Source: Candidatus Nanopusillus sp.
GTDB taxonomy: Archaea; Nanobdellota; Nanobdellia; Nanobdellales; Nanobdellaceae
Length of the DNA stretch: 18,447 bases
Assembly (NCBI GenBank): GCA_046536775.1
Contig: JAWDMD010000009.1
Location: forward strand, 1-18,447
Direction: 5' to 3'
The number at the start of each line of letters is the position of its first letter. Position 1 is the stretch's first letter. The position numbers and the translations under genes were made by a program. Below, piece by piece: positions 7,693 through 15,807 of this stretch. The notes beneath the pieces were generated by a model, which made no database searches, was not told the origin of the DNA, and worked only from the letters and a program-made list of their open reading frames with translations.

Positions 7693-7780
7693 TTCAGAAA
7701 ATTTAATAAATAGACCTGGAGAATCATTTAAATATAGTTCAAAAGAAATTAAGAAAAATATAAATGAATTAATTGAAAAA

Positions 7781-8764
7781 ATGATTAAAGATGGATATCC
7801 AATATTTGATATAGATAAAATTATGGAAAATAAAAAAGAATATTCTGATATATTATCAAAACTAACTGAATATGATGAAAAAAGGATAAATGAGGATAAG
7901 GATTATAGGTTTAATAAAGAATTTAAGAAATCGCTAAACAAATTAAAGGAAATATTAATTAGTGAAGGATATATAAATGAAAATAGAGAATTAACTGAGA
8001 AATCTTTAATGGAATATTCTAAGTATTTGATAGGAAATATAGAAAAGGAGATTGGTGGTATATTTGAATATGGAAAATACTCATCATATTATATTGGAAA
8101 TGATGAGGAATTTTATAAGAAATATTTTGGTATAGGGGATAAATATAGTAAAATTGATATAAAAGAGACTATAAAAAAATATATAAAGAATAAGGATAGT
8201 ATAAGATTTGTTGTTAATGTTAAAAGAGAAAATAAAGGTGGTAAATATATAATTCTATTGGATGTATCTGGAAGTATGATTGGGGAAAAAATATTTGAAG
8301 CAAAAAAAGCTTTAATATTATTGATATCAAAGATATTGGAAGATAATAATCTAATAGATATAATATTATTTAATGATAAGATTGTTAAAGAATATGATAA
8401 TATTGGAGGATTAAAGGATATAATAGATATATTAAGAATTGTACCAAATGGAAGTACTGATATCGCTTTAGCATTTAATTATTTATTAAATAAAGGAGAA
8501 AATGGACATATAATATTAATAACTGATGCATTGCCAACAAAAGGAGAAAATCCTGTAGAAAGAACTTTAAAGTTAGCCAAAGAATTAAGCCAATATTATT
8601 ATATATCAATAATTGGAATACAATTAAATGATGAAGGAGAAAAGATTGCAAAAGAGATAGTAAAATATGGAAGAGGAAGATTATTTGTTTCTAGGGATAT
8701 AAAAGATTTAAAAAAGCTATTATTATTAGAATACGAAATATCTAAACAACAGATAATAAAATAA
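7781..8764 (+). CDS. von Willebrand factor A (VWA) domain protein, partner of the AAA+ ATPase
   Basis: MIDAS motif LLDVSGSM, then NGSTD, then LITDALPTKGE. The reading frame is already open from 7670, 37 codons upstream of the first ATG. Confidence 0.85.
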   Translation: MIKDGYPIFDIDKIMENKKEYSDILSKLTEYDEKRINEDKDYRFNKEFKKSLNKLKEILISEGYINENRELTEKSLMEYSKYLIGNIEKEIGGIFEYGKYSSYYIGNDEEFYKKYFGIGDKYSKIDIKETIKKYIKNKDSIRFVVNVKRENKGGKYIILLDVSGSMIGEKIFEAKKALILLISKILEDNNLIDIILFNDKIVKEYDNIGGLKDIIDILRIVPNGSTDIALAFNYLLNKGENGHIILITDALPTKGENPVERTLKLAKELSQYYYISIIGIQLNDEGEKIAKEIVKYGRGRLFVSRDIKDLKKLLLLEYEISKQQIIK

Positions 8765-9299
8765 CTTCTTCAGGTTTATTTTCCCCAATATATTTCTTAT
8801 ATTTTCCAGCCAACTTCTTTCTTGCAACATCTAGATAGAAATTTATCCTATCTGTAAAGTCTTGCTTATTATAATATATTGATAGAACAATATTTTTATA
8901 GAATACCTGAGCAGCTCTTGTATAAGGTCTTCCAAATGAATGCCTCATTCCTTGTGAAATTCTGTCCGCACCTGCACCATATACCAATGCATGTTCTCTT
9001 ACAACATGATGAGGATATTTTCTTACAATAAATAAGAATTCTTTTACTTCATTTTCTAAGTATTTTAATATATTTGTTCTTACCGCTTCTAATGAATAAT
9101 CGGATACCTGAACATTATGCAATGCAATTAAATGAGCAACATATTTCCACTGATCTTTTGGTAAATTTACCATTCCCATAATCTGCATCCTCAATCTTGA
9201 TACTGGAGCACCGGGGATTTTATTATAGGTTTTACTATATGAAAATCTTGTATATGGTCTTTCTATTTCTTTAAATATCTTCCAGGGTCTCTTCGCCAT
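8742..9299 (-). CDS. rpl10e: Ribosomal protein uL16 (L10e)
   Basis: MAKRPWKIFKEIERPYTR...YPHHVVREHALVYGAGADRISQGMRHSFGRPYTRAAQV matches archaeal L10e. Confidence 0.9.
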   Translation of the reverse strand: MAKRPWKIFKEIERPYTRFSYSKTYNKIPGAPVSRLRMQIMGMVNLPKDQWKYVAHLIALHNVQVSDYSLEAVRTNILKYLENEVKEFLFIVRKYPHHVVREHALVYGAGADRISQGMRHSFGRPYTRAAQVFYKNIVLSIYYNKQDFTDRINFYLDVARKKLAGKYKKYIGENKPEEVILLSVV

Positions 9300-9300
9300 T

Positions 9301-9786
9301 TTATATCATTTTCTTTAATAATATATTTATATCTTTTCCATAGTACCCATATACTCCACCCTGATTATATGGAACTTTTATACCCTTTCTTGGATAACCT
9401 TTTGATGGAGGTTTTAGTCTAAATATCTTCTTTATTTTTGGTATTGAATCTAAATCTATTTCATTATTTAATAATTTTTCAACGAGTGTATCAATATCCA
9501 TATTTAATGTTTGTTTAATATAATCTTCTGTCAATCTCTTATTTCCTTCCAATCTTCCTCTCTTTAATAATAATTCCTTTAATGTCTCTTTATCTATTTC
9601 TCCCCATGCAACCCACGGTTCTACCCTCTTTATCATTCCTCTTATATCTTTTGTATCTTTCATTATTACCATATAATTATTTCTCCTTAATCTTAACAAA
9701 TATAATGTATCTTTTATCTCTTTATCTGCCTTAACTGTTCCTTTTATCCTTAAAATTGCTAATAATCCCATTTTATACAAATCCAA
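9301..9786 (-). CDS. rpl30: Ribosomal protein uL30
   Basis: LAILRIKGTVKADKEIKDTLYLLRLRRNNYMVIM...VAWGEI is the L30/L7e pattern. It lies immediately downstream of uS5. Confidence 0.9.
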   Translation of the reverse strand: MDLYKMGLLAILRIKGTVKADKEIKDTLYLLRLRRNNYMVIMKDTKDIRGMIKRVEPWVAWGEIDKETLKELLLKRGRLEGNKRLTEDYIKQTLNMDIDTLVEKLLNNEIDLDSIPKIKKIFRLKPPSKGYPRKGIKVPYNQGGVYGYYGKDINILLKKMI

Positions 9787-10531
9787 TCTTTAATCCTGAA
9801 TTTTTGGCATATTCTTCCCTAATTCTATATTCTACTGTCTTTCTTAATGCATTATAAACTGCCATTGCGAAATTATATCTCCTTCTAGTTTGTCCAAAAG
9901 ATTTCATCCATAGATCTTTTATACCTGCTAATCTAAATATTTTTTCCATCTCTTCAGGTGCTACCAATCCTACTCCTCTTGGAGCTGGTAATAGTACAAC
10001 CCTTATAGAACCATAAGATCCTTCAACTTTAAATGGTAAGGAATGTGGAGTTTTAAATGCACATTCCCATGATCCACAACCTCTTGCGATTGGTATAATA
10101 TTCAATTTTGCATTTCTTAACGCCTTTTCCATACATAAAGCAATATCTGAAGATTTTCCAATTCCAACCCCAATATATCCATTTTCATTACCAACAACAG
10201 CAACAGAAACCCATGATGTTTTATTACCTTCAGCAGTTTTTCTTTGAACCATTTTTACAAACTTTGGTCTTCTATATTTACCCTTAGATAATGATAAGCT
10301 AATATATTCATATTTTAAATCTGGTATTAGCGCATCTACAATTTCTGGTTCCAATATTTTATATCCATTTTTAAATACTTGCTCAACAGAATTTATCTTT
10401 CCCTCCCTTACTAATTTACCAAGTTTTGTTTTTGGATTCCAGGATTCTATATTAAACCTTTGCGATCCTATTCTTTCTAAAGCTTCCTGTTCTTTTTTTA
10501 CTTCTTCAACTTCTTTTTGTTCTTCTACCAT
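9773..10531 (-). CDS. rps5: Ribosomal protein uS5
   Basis: The dsRBD-like N-domain (VQRKTAEGNKTSWVSVAVVGNENGYIGVGIGKS) and the S5 C-domain (GSIRVVLLPAPRGVGLVA) are both present. Confidence 0.93.
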   Translation of the reverse strand: MVEEQKEVEEVKKEQEALERIGSQRFNIESWNPKTKLGKLVREGKINSVEQVFKNGYKILEPEIVDALIPDLKYEYISLSLSKGKYRRPKFVKMVQRKTAEGNKTSWVSVAVVGNENGYIGVGIGKSSDIALCMEKALRNAKLNIIPIARGCGSWECAFKTPHSLPFKVEGSYGSIRVVLLPAPRGVGLVAPEEMEKIFRLAGIKDLWMKSFGQTRRRYNFAMAVYNALRKTVEYRIREEYAKNSGLKIGFV

Positions 10532-10689
10532 TTTCTTTTAAATTTATATGACCATACATAGGCCCTTATTTTGCTACTTCTCCCAAATCCACAATGCGAA
10601 CAATACCCCTTATCAGGATTATACGTTTTTCTACCACATCTTCTACATATAACATGATTTACCTTATTTGTACCACCCAATCTTGTCAT
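10525..10689 (-). CDS. rpl37e: Ribosomal protein eL37 (54 aa, zinc ribbon); absent from the ORF track
   Basis: My own minus-strand translation: MTRLGGTNKVNHVICRRCGRKTYNPDKGYCSHCGFGRSSKIRAYVWSYKFKRKW*. The CRRCG...CSHCG pattern matches eL37. Its stop (TAG at 10527-10525) overlaps the uS5 ATG. Confidence 0.85.
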   Translation of the reverse strand: MTRLGGTNKVNHVICRRCGRKTYNPDKGYCSHCGFGRSSKIRAYVWSYKFKRKW

Positions 10690-10744
10690 TTAATGATAAT
10701 ATAAAGAAATATTTTTAAAGTAAATAAGGAACTTTAAATAATCG

Positions 10745-11803
10745 ATGAATATAGATATATCAATAATAATACCGACATTAAATGAAAAAGAGAATATTAA
10801 TGAATTAGTAAAAAGAATAAGAGAAAGCTTAAATGATATAAAATATGAAACAATTTTTGTAGATGATGGATCAAAAGATGGAACAATTGAAGAAATAGAA
10901 AAACTAAAAAAAGAATATAAAAATATAAAACTTGTTGAAAGAGGATATAGAAAAGGTTTATCTTCAGCCTTTATAGATGGACTAAAGTATTCTGATGGAA
11001 AATATGTTGTATTAATGGATGCTGACCTACAACATCCCCCAGAATTATTAAAGAAAATGTATGAAAAGGCTTTGGAGGGTTATGATTTAGTTATTGCATC
11101 AAGGTATATTAAAGGAGGAAAAATAGAGAATTGGAATATTATAAGAGAACTTATATCAAAAACATCAAAAATCATTGCATATATTCTTCTACCAGAAACA
11201 TTAAAAGTAAGAGACCCATTAAGTGGATATTTCTTAATAAAGAAAGATCTATTAGATAATTTCAATGTTTCAAATCCATTTAGTTATAAGGTTCTATTAG
11301 ATATATTAGTAAAAGTAAATTATAATAAATTAATAGAAATACCCTATACATTTAAAGAAAGAGAACATGGAAAATCTAAATTAGGCAAAAAAGTAATTTT
11401 TTCATATTTAAAGCAGGTTTTTTTATTGTTTGACGTTTCTCAATTTATAAAGTTCTATCTAGTAGGATTATCTGGAATTGTTATTAACTTATTAACTTTA
11501 TACCTATTGATGGCTTATCTTCCATTTTATATTTCTTCCTTTCTAGCAATTTTAATTTCAATTATATGGAATTTCATTTTAAATGATTTGTTTGTATTTA
11601 AAATTAAGAAGAAAAAACTTTTGAAAAGGTTTTTGTTATTTTTTGGAGGAAGAGGTTTATTATCAAAACCCGTTCAATATTTATCTGCCCTATTATTTTA
11701 TTATGTATTTGAAATAAACTATTTAATATCACAACTTATTGGCATATTTATTGCTTCTATAATTAATTGGGTCTTTACAAAAGGTATTGTGTATGAAAAG
11801 TAA
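10745..11803 (+). CDS. GT2 polyprenol/dolichol-phosphate glycosyltransferase (Dpm1-like) with a C-terminal GtrA-like membrane domain
   Basis: IIIPTLNEKENI, FVDDGSKDGT and MDADLQHPP are GT2 motifs. The C-terminal ~130 aa form four hydrophobic segments. Confidence 0.85.
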   Translation: MNIDISIIIPTLNEKENINELVKRIRESLNDIKYETIFVDDGSKDGTIEEIEKLKKEYKNIKLVERGYRKGLSSAFIDGLKYSDGKYVVLMDADLQHPPELLKKMYEKALEGYDLVIASRYIKGGKIENWNIIRELISKTSKIIAYILLPETLKVRDPLSGYFLIKKDLLDNFNVSNPFSYKVLLDILVKVNYNKLIEIPYTFKEREHGKSKLGKKVIFSYLKQVFLLFDVSQFIKFYLVGLSGIVINLLTLYLLMAYLPFYISSFLAILISIIWNFILNDLFVFKIKKKKLLKRFLLFFGGRGLLSKPVQYLSALLFYYVFEINYLISQLIGIFIASIINWVFTKGIVYEK

Positions 11804-11895
11804 ATTTATAAATATCAAAAGCGTATATATAAGCCCTATTTTATACAAAAATAAAAGTAGTGCTGATATAATACGCTTTTGATATTTATAAATTT
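11802..11895. repeat. Perfect 25-bp inverted repeat with a 44-nt spacer, between convergent genes
   Basis: 11802-11826 (AAATTTATAAATATCAAAAGCGTAT) is the exact reverse complement of 11871-11895. The left arm begins inside the stop codon of the glycosyltransferase gene. Confidence 0.85.
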
Positions 11896-11974
11896 TATCT
11901 TAGATAAATTTTATAAATAGGTTTTTAAGATTTTATTCATCTCAATAAAAAATATTTATAATATTAATAACCTG

Positions 11975-13264
11975 TCAATAACTATTGTTTATCTTGTTTT
12001 TTACTATTCCATAGATATCTTTCAAATTGTTGATCTGGATTTTAATTCTTTCTTTTGTATACCTATCTTGTAGTAAAACATTATTCTCTGATAATTCTTT
12101 TTTTCCGACAATTAATAAGAACCTTATATCTTTATCTGCTGCATATTTTATTTGCTTATTAAAATCTCTTCTCATTAAATCAATATAACAATTTAACCCA
12201 ATTTCCCTTAATTTATTACATATATTCCAAGCATCTTTAAATGTATCTTCAAAATATATTACACATATTTCTGCATAGGTCTTTTTATCAATCTTAAATA
12301 TTCCTAATTCAATTCCAGCATCAATTAATCTTTCTACCCCAATACTTCCACCAACAGCAGGTATTTCTTCATTTGTAAATAATTTTAACAAATTATCATA
12401 TCTTCCTCCTCCAGATAGTGATCCAATTTTTGGTTTTTCAACAATTGCTTCATATATCATACCAGTATAATAATCTAAACCCCTTACTAAAGATAAATTT
12501 ATTTCTATTTTGTTTTTATCATTTAATAGATCTAAAATATTATTAAAATAATTTATTTCTTTTGATATTTCTTCATATTTTGATAGATAATCAATTACTT
12601 CTTGATTTCTTAACGATATTATTTCAACAATTTTATCCGATAATTCTCCGACAATATTGCTTAATTCTCTCTTTACATTTTCTTTTCCAATTTTATCCAA
12701 CTTATCAATTATTGTATATACTTTTTTTATTTTTTCTTCACTTATATTTAACTTTTTCTCAAAAACAAATCTTAAAAATTCTCTATCATTTATTATAATT
12801 TTATAATTTGAAAAATTAAATTCTTTAAATATAAAATCCACTATATTCAATATTTCTGCATCAGATTCTGGTTCTTTTGATCCAATTATATCAAAATCTG
12901 CCTGATAAAATTCCTTATACCTTCCTTTTTGTGGATTTTCATATCTATAAGATTTATCTATTACATATCTTTTGAATGGTAAACTTGGCCTATGATTTGA
13001 AAAAAACCTTGCTAAAGGTATTGTTTGATCATATCTTAATGCATATTCCTTATCAGAATATGGTAATTTAAATCTCCATATTAGTTTATTTTCAGCTTCT
13101 TCCCCATATTTTCCTTTCAATGTATTCCAATATTCTATTGTTGGAGTTTCTATAGGATCAAATCCAAACCTTTGAAATATTTCTTCTATTTTACTAAATA
13201 TTTTATTTCTTAATATTTTTATTTCGTTGGGAAAATCTCTTAATCCCGATGGCAAATTATACAT
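11975..13264 (-). CDS. hisS: Histidyl-tRNA synthetase
   Basis: Class II HisRS features: LRYDQTIPLARF, FYQADFDIIG, GGGRYDNL, GGSIGVERL, and a C-terminal anticodon-binding domain. Confidence 0.92.
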   Translation of the reverse strand: MYNLPSGLRDFPNEIKILRNKIFSKIEEIFQRFGFDPIETPTIEYWNTLKGKYGEEAENKLIWRFKLPYSDKEYALRYDQTIPLARFFSNHRPSLPFKRYVIDKSYRYENPQKGRYKEFYQADFDIIGSKEPESDAEILNIVDFIFKEFNFSNYKIIINDREFLRFVFEKKLNISEEKIKKVYTIIDKLDKIGKENVKRELSNIVGELSDKIVEIISLRNQEVIDYLSKYEEISKEINYFNNILDLLNDKNKIEINLSLVRGLDYYTGMIYEAIVEKPKIGSLSGGGRYDNLLKLFTNEEIPAVGGSIGVERLIDAGIELGIFKIDKKTYAEICVIYFEDTFKDAWNICNKLREIGLNCYIDLMRRDFNKQIKYAADKDIRFLLIVGKKELSENNVLLQDRYTKERIKIQINNLKDIYGIVKNKINNSY

Positions 13265-13307
13265 TATATTAAATTTAAAAATTGTTTAATAAAATATTTG
13301 GTTATCT

Positions 13308-13754
13308 ATGGTCGCTCATAGAAAGAAAAAATACAGGAAAAATCTTGGACAGAGATATGCTAGAAGGGGTTATAATGATAGAAATAGAGGTAGAGGAAAT
13401 AGGGGTGGTGCAGGTTTCTCTGGATGGAGATTTAAAAAACAAAAATATATTAAGTTAATTAAGGAATTTCCAGAAAGATTTGAAGATAAAAAAGGATTTA
13501 CAAGTATTAAATATAATGCTGAAAAATCCATAATTAATTTAGGAGATATAGAAGAATATTTCGATTATTTATTATCTGAAGAAATAATAAAAAACGAAGG
13601 AGAATATTATATAATTGATCTAGATGAAATAGGTGTCGATAAATTATTGGGAGCTGGAAAAATTAGCAAAAAAATGAAAATATATGTAAAAGAAGCATCA
13701 GAAGGGGCAATAGAAAAGGTTAAAAACATTGGTGGAGAGGTAATAATTAAATAA
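13308..13754 (+). CDS. rpl15: Ribosomal protein uL15
   Basis: A basic Gly-rich N-terminus (RGRGNRGGAGFSG) and LLGAGKISKKMKIYV...AIEKVKNIGGEV. Confidence 0.88.
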   Translation: MVAHRKKKYRKNLGQRYARRGYNDRNRGRGNRGGAGFSGWRFKKQKYIKLIKEFPERFEDKKGFTSIKYNAEKSIINLGDIEEYFDYLLSEEIIKNEGEYYIIDLDEIGVDKLLGAGKISKKMKIYVKEASEGAIEKVKNIGGEVIIK

Positions 13755-14224
13755 TGGACCTATCATTACAAAAAAAGTTAGCATCTAAAATCCTTGGTGT
13801 TGGAAAGGATAGAATATGGATAGACCCAAATAAAATACAGGATGCCTCTAAAGCTTTGAGTAGATCTGATATTTTAGATTTAATTGATAAAGGAATAATA
13901 AAAACAAAATCTGTTAGGGGTCAGTCTAGAACATGGGCAAATTATATTAAGGAACAGAAGAAAAAAGGAAGAAGAAGGGGGGTGGGATCTAGAAGAGGAG
14001 ATAGAACAGCTAGATTAGACAAAAAGGAAAATTGGATTAAAAGAATAAGGGCAATAAGAAAGTTGTTAAGAGAACTAAAAGAGAAAAATATAATCGATAA
14101 AAAGTTATATAGAGAGTTATATAAAAAAGCGAAAAGTAATGAGTTTAAGAGCAAAAGAGCTATTTTAATTTATCTTAAGGATTTAGGGATATTAAAGAAC
14201 GAAAAAGAGGTTTTAAATAAATAG
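13754..14224 (+). CDS. rpl19e: Ribosomal protein eL19
   Basis: LQKKLASKILGVGKDRIWIDPNK...KKKGRRRGVGSRRG is the L19e pattern. Its start overlaps the uL15 stop. Confidence 0.9.
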   Translation: MDLSLQKKLASKILGVGKDRIWIDPNKIQDASKALSRSDILDLIDKGIIKTKSVRGQSRTWANYIKEQKKKGRRRGVGSRRGDRTARLDKKENWIKRIRAIRKLLRELKEKNIIDKKLYRELYKKAKSNEFKSKRAILIYLKDLGILKNEKEVLNK

Positions 14225-14276
14225 CTTATAAATTTTTTTATTTAAGGTTTATAATCGTTTCACCTATATATTCTTT

Positions 14277-14480
14277 ATGGCGACACCATCCCAATTAAGA
14301 ACAGAAATAGAATCTGCATTTAAAAAAGGTGTATCAAAGGAAGAGATAGATAAATTAGCACAACAAATAGGAAGTAAATTAGGAAAGAAACCAACCGTTG
14401 TAAAAGCATTAATTACAAGATATATGAACAAAGGAATGATAAAGGAACAGGGTGGAAAATATGTTTGGACTGGTCAATAA
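14277..14480 (+). CDS. Hypothetical 67-aa basic protein, possibly winged-helix-like
   Basis: The ORF has an AT-box ~27 nt upstream, consistent with a leaderless mRNA. The fold guess rests only on a helix-helix-hairpin pattern (..KALITRYMNKGMIKEQGGKYVWTG). Confidence 0.5.
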   Translation: MATPSQLRTEIESAFKKGVSKEEIDKLAQQIGSKLGKKPTVVKALITRYMNKGMIKEQGGKYVWTGQ

Positions 14481-14682
14481 AATTTTTTGTTAGTTTATAT
14501 TTTATAAAAATATTTAATTTTATATTGAAATATAGACTATAAAAAGCTGAAAAATTATAATCTTATATTAATTTGATAAAAAAATATAAAGAAAGATTAA
14601 GCAAAAGACTTAGAATAAAACTTTATTATTTCTATAATATATAATAGGAATCAAGATATATTCAAAATTGAAAATTTTCAAA

Positions 14683-14757
14683 TGCCCCCACCGGGATTTG
14701 AACCCGGGTCTCGGGGATGAGGACCCCGTATCCTAGACCAGACTAGACGATAGGGGC
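14683..14757 (-). tRNA. tRNA-Glu (anticodon CUC) with a non-canonical C at position 33; no encoded CCA
   Basis: The minus strand reads GCCCCUA-UC-GUCU-AGUCUGGUCUA-GGAU-A-CGGGG-UCCUCAU-CCCCG-AGAC-CCGGG-UUCAAAU-CCCGG-UGGGGGC-A. UCGUCUAG and the 4-nt variable loop AGAC are tRNA-Glu hallmarks. Confidence 0.85.
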
Positions 14758-15041
14758 TATGGGTTATTTAATATATATTCAGAAGTAGGAGTTATAACTA
14801 TTATATTTGTTCCATTATCATAGCATATAATATTTTCTTCTAAACAAATGTTATAATATGTTTGATTTATAGTAAAAGAATAATTTGGATATAATAATAA
14901 TTTAATATAGAAATCCTCTGCTATATATTTACCAATATTTGGTTGATAATAAAAATTATTTTGTAGACTTGAAATAAAGTATAACGTCATAAATAATATT
15001 AAGATTAGATATAATAGAATAAATTGAGATCTCATTTCCAA
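14757..15041 (-). CDS. Small N-terminally anchored secreted protein (94 aa), pilin-like candidate
   Basis: MEMRSQ is followed by about 20 hydrophobic residues. There are 3 N-x-S/T sequons and 2 Cys. Third gene of an overlapping three-gene set. Confidence 0.6.
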   Translation of the reverse strand: MEMRSQFILLYLILILFMTLYFISSLQNNFYYQPNIGKYIAEDFYIKLLLYPNYSFTINQTYYNICLEENIICYDNGTNIIVITPTSEYILNNP

Positions 15042-15376
15042 TATACATCTACATAATCTACTGAGCCATTAATAATATAAAAAGTTTCTATACCTTGTTC
15101 AGATTCATTTAAATTTATATTATTAAATACAACCTGTCCATTTATTTCAACATAATAGTATGGTAAAATATTTGTAACAATTTGATATAAACTATTATTT
15201 AGTTGTTGAGTATTATTTAGATACATATAATTTATTGATATTAGTGATGCATATAGATCTTCCTTATTGTATCCTCTAATATAGAAATTACTATAATATG
15301 TTGAAGTTAAAATAAAAAATAAAACAACTATTACAACTCCCAATTCAATAAATATTGATATACTAAAGGATCTCAT
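15032..15376 (-). CDS. Small N-terminally anchored secreted protein (114 aa), pilin-like candidate
   Basis: MRS-FSISIFIELGVVIVVLFFIL gives a short charged N-terminus, R-S, then a hydrophobic helix. There are 4 N-x-S/T sequons. It overlaps both neighbouring genes. Confidence 0.6.
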   Translation of the reverse strand: MRSFSISIFIELGVVIVVLFFILTSTYYSNFYIRGYNKEDLYASLISINYMYLNNTQQLNNSLYQIVTNILPYYYVEINGQVVFNNINLNESEQGIETFYIINGSVDYVDVYWK

Positions 15377-15765
15377 TGAACTAATACACTAACCAAAAAT
15401 AATGAGCCATCATAATAACAAACTCTATTAAATTCTATATAATTTTGCATGTTTGTTATATTATCGTTGCTAAATATATACTCCTGACTAGTATTACTTA
15501 AATTTTTATATATTATTTCATATGGAAAACCTGCTAAATTATCCATTATATTTGGATCAAAATTATTTGATGTCAGGTTACAAATATCACTAGTATATTG
15601 TTCTGTAATTTCTTTAATTAAAACTCTTCCATTCATAAATTGATTATATATAATTTGATACTTTTCATTAATATTATAAATATAAGAAACTTTCTCCATT
15701 AATAATAAGGTAATAAAAAATATTACTAAGACAATTACAAATAATTCAAAAAACCTATCTAACAT
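15373..15765 (-). CDS. Small N-terminally anchored secreted protein (130 aa), pilin-like candidate
   Basis: MLDRFFELFVIVLVIFFITLLL is an N-terminal hydrophobic helix. There are 4 N-x-S/T sequons and 2 Cys. A TATA box (minus strand, ~15787-15797) sits at leaderless distance from the ATG. Confidence 0.6.
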   Translation of the reverse strand: MLDRFFELFVIVLVIFFITLLLMEKVSYIYNINEKYQIIYNQFMNGRVLIKEITEQYTSDICNLTSNNFDPNIMDNLAGFPYEIIYKNLSNTSQEYIFSNDNITNMQNYIEFNRVCYYDGSLFLVSVLVQ

Positions 15766-15807
15766 ATATTATATATTTTATAAACATTTTTATATATAGA
15801 TGTCTAA

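Noticed and set aside
4717-14154. Antisense or shadow ORFs at 4717-4944(-), 5465-5722(-), 11080-11265(-), 12562-12798(+) and 13942-14154(-)
   Set aside because: Each lies entirely opposite a well-supported gene (minD, dph2 fragment, glycosyltransferase, hisS, rpl19e). All have low-complexity Ile/Leu/Phe-rich translations, as expected from the reverse strand of AT-rich coding DNA.
14481-14682. 200-nt AT-rich gap downstream of tRNA-Glu, including the 14-bp palindrome TTGAAAATTTTCAA (~14668-14681)
   Set aside because: The gap has no ATG-initiated ORF on either strand and no box motifs. The palindrome and adjacent T-runs are adequately explained as the tRNA termination region in AT-rich DNA.
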